56,188 nucleotides of DNA from positions 1 to 56,188 of the forward strand of contig CAYJND010000001.1 in the NCBI GenBank assembly GCA_964371565.1, in the 5' to 3' direction. Under the pieces are notes generated by a model that was given only the letters and a program-made list of their open reading frames with translations, did no database searches and was not told the origin of the DNA. A program made the translations under genes and the position numbers. This document shows, piece after piece, positions 54,781 to 56,188 of this stretch. Within the stretch, counting starts at the first letter, position 1. Every line of letters starts with the position of its first letter. This DNA comes from an uncultured Desulfovibrionaceae bacterium. Lineage in GTDB: Bacteria; Desulfobacterota; Desulfovibrionia; Desulfovibrionales; Desulfovibrionaceae.

Positions 54781-54860
54781 AAACCTTAGCTGATACCTAG
54801 TCAAACTAGGCTTTGCATGATAATTTTTCGCTAGTATATTTTGTAAGATAAAGGAAAACT

Positions 54861-55457
54861 ATGCCTCATAAAGAACGCAAAACTCAAGGTAAACTTATTT
54901 ACCTTATGGGCGCTTCTGGCGCGGGTAAAGACACTTTACTCAAAGCCGTGCGCCCCCTTATGGATGAAGAGCAAGAAGCCACAAAACGCCCGCTCATTAT
55001 TATGCAAAGACATATTACTCGCCCAGCCTCAAACAACGCCGATGACGAACAACATAAAGCCTGCACAGAAGAAGATTTTTTGCACGCCCTAGCCGCAGGA
55101 GAATACACCATGCACTGGCAAAGTCATGGCCTGCATTACGGCATAAGCAAGAGCATATATAGCCATTTGCAGCAAGGCGCTTTGGTGCTGGTTAATGGAT
55201 CACGTGAATACTTACCCCAAGCGCAGCAAACGTTTCCTGAGCTTATCCCCCTATTAGTACAAGTAAAAGCCGAGGCACTACGCGCACGCCTTATGGCTCG
55301 TGGACGCGAAAGCCAAGAAGACATAGAAAGGCGCGTACAAAGAGCCACGCAATATAATCCTAGCCATGACAAAATGATTGTCATTGACAATTCACAAGCT
55401 TTAGACAGCACTTTACACTATTTTAAAGCGCTTATAGAAGATTTACGCCAAATATAA
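54861..55457 (+). CDS. phnN: Ribose 1,5-bisphosphate phosphokinase PhnN
   Basis: GKLIYLMGASGAGKDTLL, WQSHGLHYG, LVNGSREYLPQA and RLMARGRES closely follow E. coli PhnN. Confidence 0.85.
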   Translation: MPHKERKTQGKLIYLMGASGAGKDTLLKAVRPLMDEEQEATKRPLIIMQRHITRPASNNADDEQHKACTEEDFLHALAAGEYTMHWQSHGLHYGISKSIYSHLQQGALVLVNGSREYLPQAQQTFPELIPLLVQVKAEALRARLMARGRESQEDIERRVQRATQYNPSHDKMIVIDNSQALDSTLHYFKALIEDLRQI

Positions 55458-55473
55458 TTGCTCTGTTTTACAC

Positions 55474-55505
55474 AAAAAAAAGCCCGACACATGCCGGGCT
55501 TTTTT
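55474..55505. terminator. Bidirectional intrinsic terminator
   Basis: AAAAAAAAGCCCG, loop ACACATGC, CGGGCTTTTTT, between phnN (+) and ahcY (-). Confidence 0.8.
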
Positions 55506-55548
55506 AGTTCATATAAAAGTATAAATTTATACTTTATGCGCATAATTC

Positions 55549-56188
55549 TTAGTAGCGATAGTGATCAGCCTTAAAGGGGCCGTCAATATTCACACCAAGA
55601 TAGTCAGCTTGTTCTTTTGTCAATTTAGTAAGCTTTACACCAAGGCGCTCAAGGTGCAAACGTGCCACGTCTTCGTCCAATTCCTTAGGCAAGGTATACA
55701 CTTTCTTCTCAAGGCTGCTATCGCTAGCAAGGCGAATTTGTGCAAGCACTTGGTTGGTAAAGCTGTTGGACATAACAAAGCTAGCATGACCTGTAGCGCA
55801 ACCAAGGTTTACTAAACGACCTTCAGCAAGCACCACGATGGAGCGACCGCTTTTTAATGTCCATTTATCCACTTGGGGCTTGATATTTAAGCAAGTAATA
55901 CCAGCAGTATCTTCTAAGTAGCTCATTTCGATTTCATTATCAAAGTGACCTATATTGCACACAATGGCTTCGTCTTTCATGCCTTCCATATGAGCGCCGG
56001 TGATAACATGATAGTTACCGGTACACGTTACAAAAATATCACCTTCAGCCAAGGCATCTTCCATGGTGGTTACTTCATAACCTTCCATGGCAGCTTGCAA
56101 GGCGCAAATGGGGTCAATTTCTGTTACCAATACGCGAGCACCAAAACCACGCATAGATTGAGCGCAGCCCTTGCCCACATCACCATAG
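55549..56188 (-). CDS. ahcY: Adenosylhomocysteinase (C-terminal part; the gene continues past the window end)
   Basis: [44 protein letters not shown] and the C-terminal ...PFKADHYRY are diagnostic. The N-terminus is truncated by the window edge. Confidence 0.93.
   Translation of the reverse strand, partial: YGDVGKGCAQSMRGFGARVLVTEIDPICALQAAMEGYEVTTMEDALAEGDIFVTCTGNYHVITGAHMEGMKDEAIVCNIGHFDNEIEMSYLEDTAGITCLNIKPQVDKWTLKSGRSIVVLAEGRLVNLGCATGHASFVMSNSFTNQVLAQIRLASDSSLEKKVYTLPKELDEDVARLHLERLGVKLTKLTKEQADYLGVNIDGPFKADHYRY

Noticed and set aside
1-56188. CRISPR arrays, tRNA/rRNA genes, IS elements, prophage or toxin-antitoxin pairs, and classical defence genes (RM, Cas, abortive-infection nucleases).
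   Set aside because: None were recognised. The only repeat structures are the 149-bp tandem array and the 36.9/41.5-kb direct repeats. No intergenic stretch has tRNA-like length or GC. No translated ORF shows transposase, integrase or nuclease signatures. This was a by-eye scan, so short or degenerate elements could be missed.

Overview
This 56.2-kb window is chromosomal, densely coded on both strands, and mostly housekeeping. Recognisable genes are tgt, mnmG, purD-purE, uvrB, uvrA, argD, dut, truA, aroE, a two-subunit Fe-S fumarate hydratase, fliJ and ahcY. Gene content (a PxxKW Cys-rich protein, a PaaK-like ligase, a sigma-54-type flagellar promoter, many c-di-GMP/cNMP signalling proteins) suggests a Desulfovibrionaceae-like sulfate reducer; this is inference only. 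I found no rRNA, tRNA, CRISPR array, transposase or integrase.

The accessory-looking parts are these:
1) At 35927-45467, a flippase-like (MprF TM-type) membrane gene and a three-gene cluster look like one former operon. The cluster is a FemAB-like domain fused to a TraB/GumN domain, a paralogous FemAB-like protein, and a radical SAM/SPASM-type enzyme. A 4.5-kb cassette bracketed by diverged direct repeats now splits the operon; the repeats duplicate the 3' end of the membrane gene and the leader/RBS/ATG of the next gene.
2) The cassette itself is an ethanolamine-type permease, an APH-fold kinase and an ETNPPL/PHYKPL-family phospho-lyase, which would give a B12-independent amino-alcohol catabolic route.
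3) At 1448-4763, a translationally coupled pair of a polytopic membrane protein and an atypical 699-aa Hsp70-fold ATPase sits between tgt and mnmG.
4) At 53611-53962, a 149-bp unit is repeated 2.4 times in tandem between a paired-SMR/GT4 operon and an orphan phnH-phnN pair.
5) At 45464-51446, three adjacent cyclic-nucleotide signalling genes include an MBL-GAF-HD-GYP fusion.

All functional calls rest on motifs read by eye from the translations. No database search was run.
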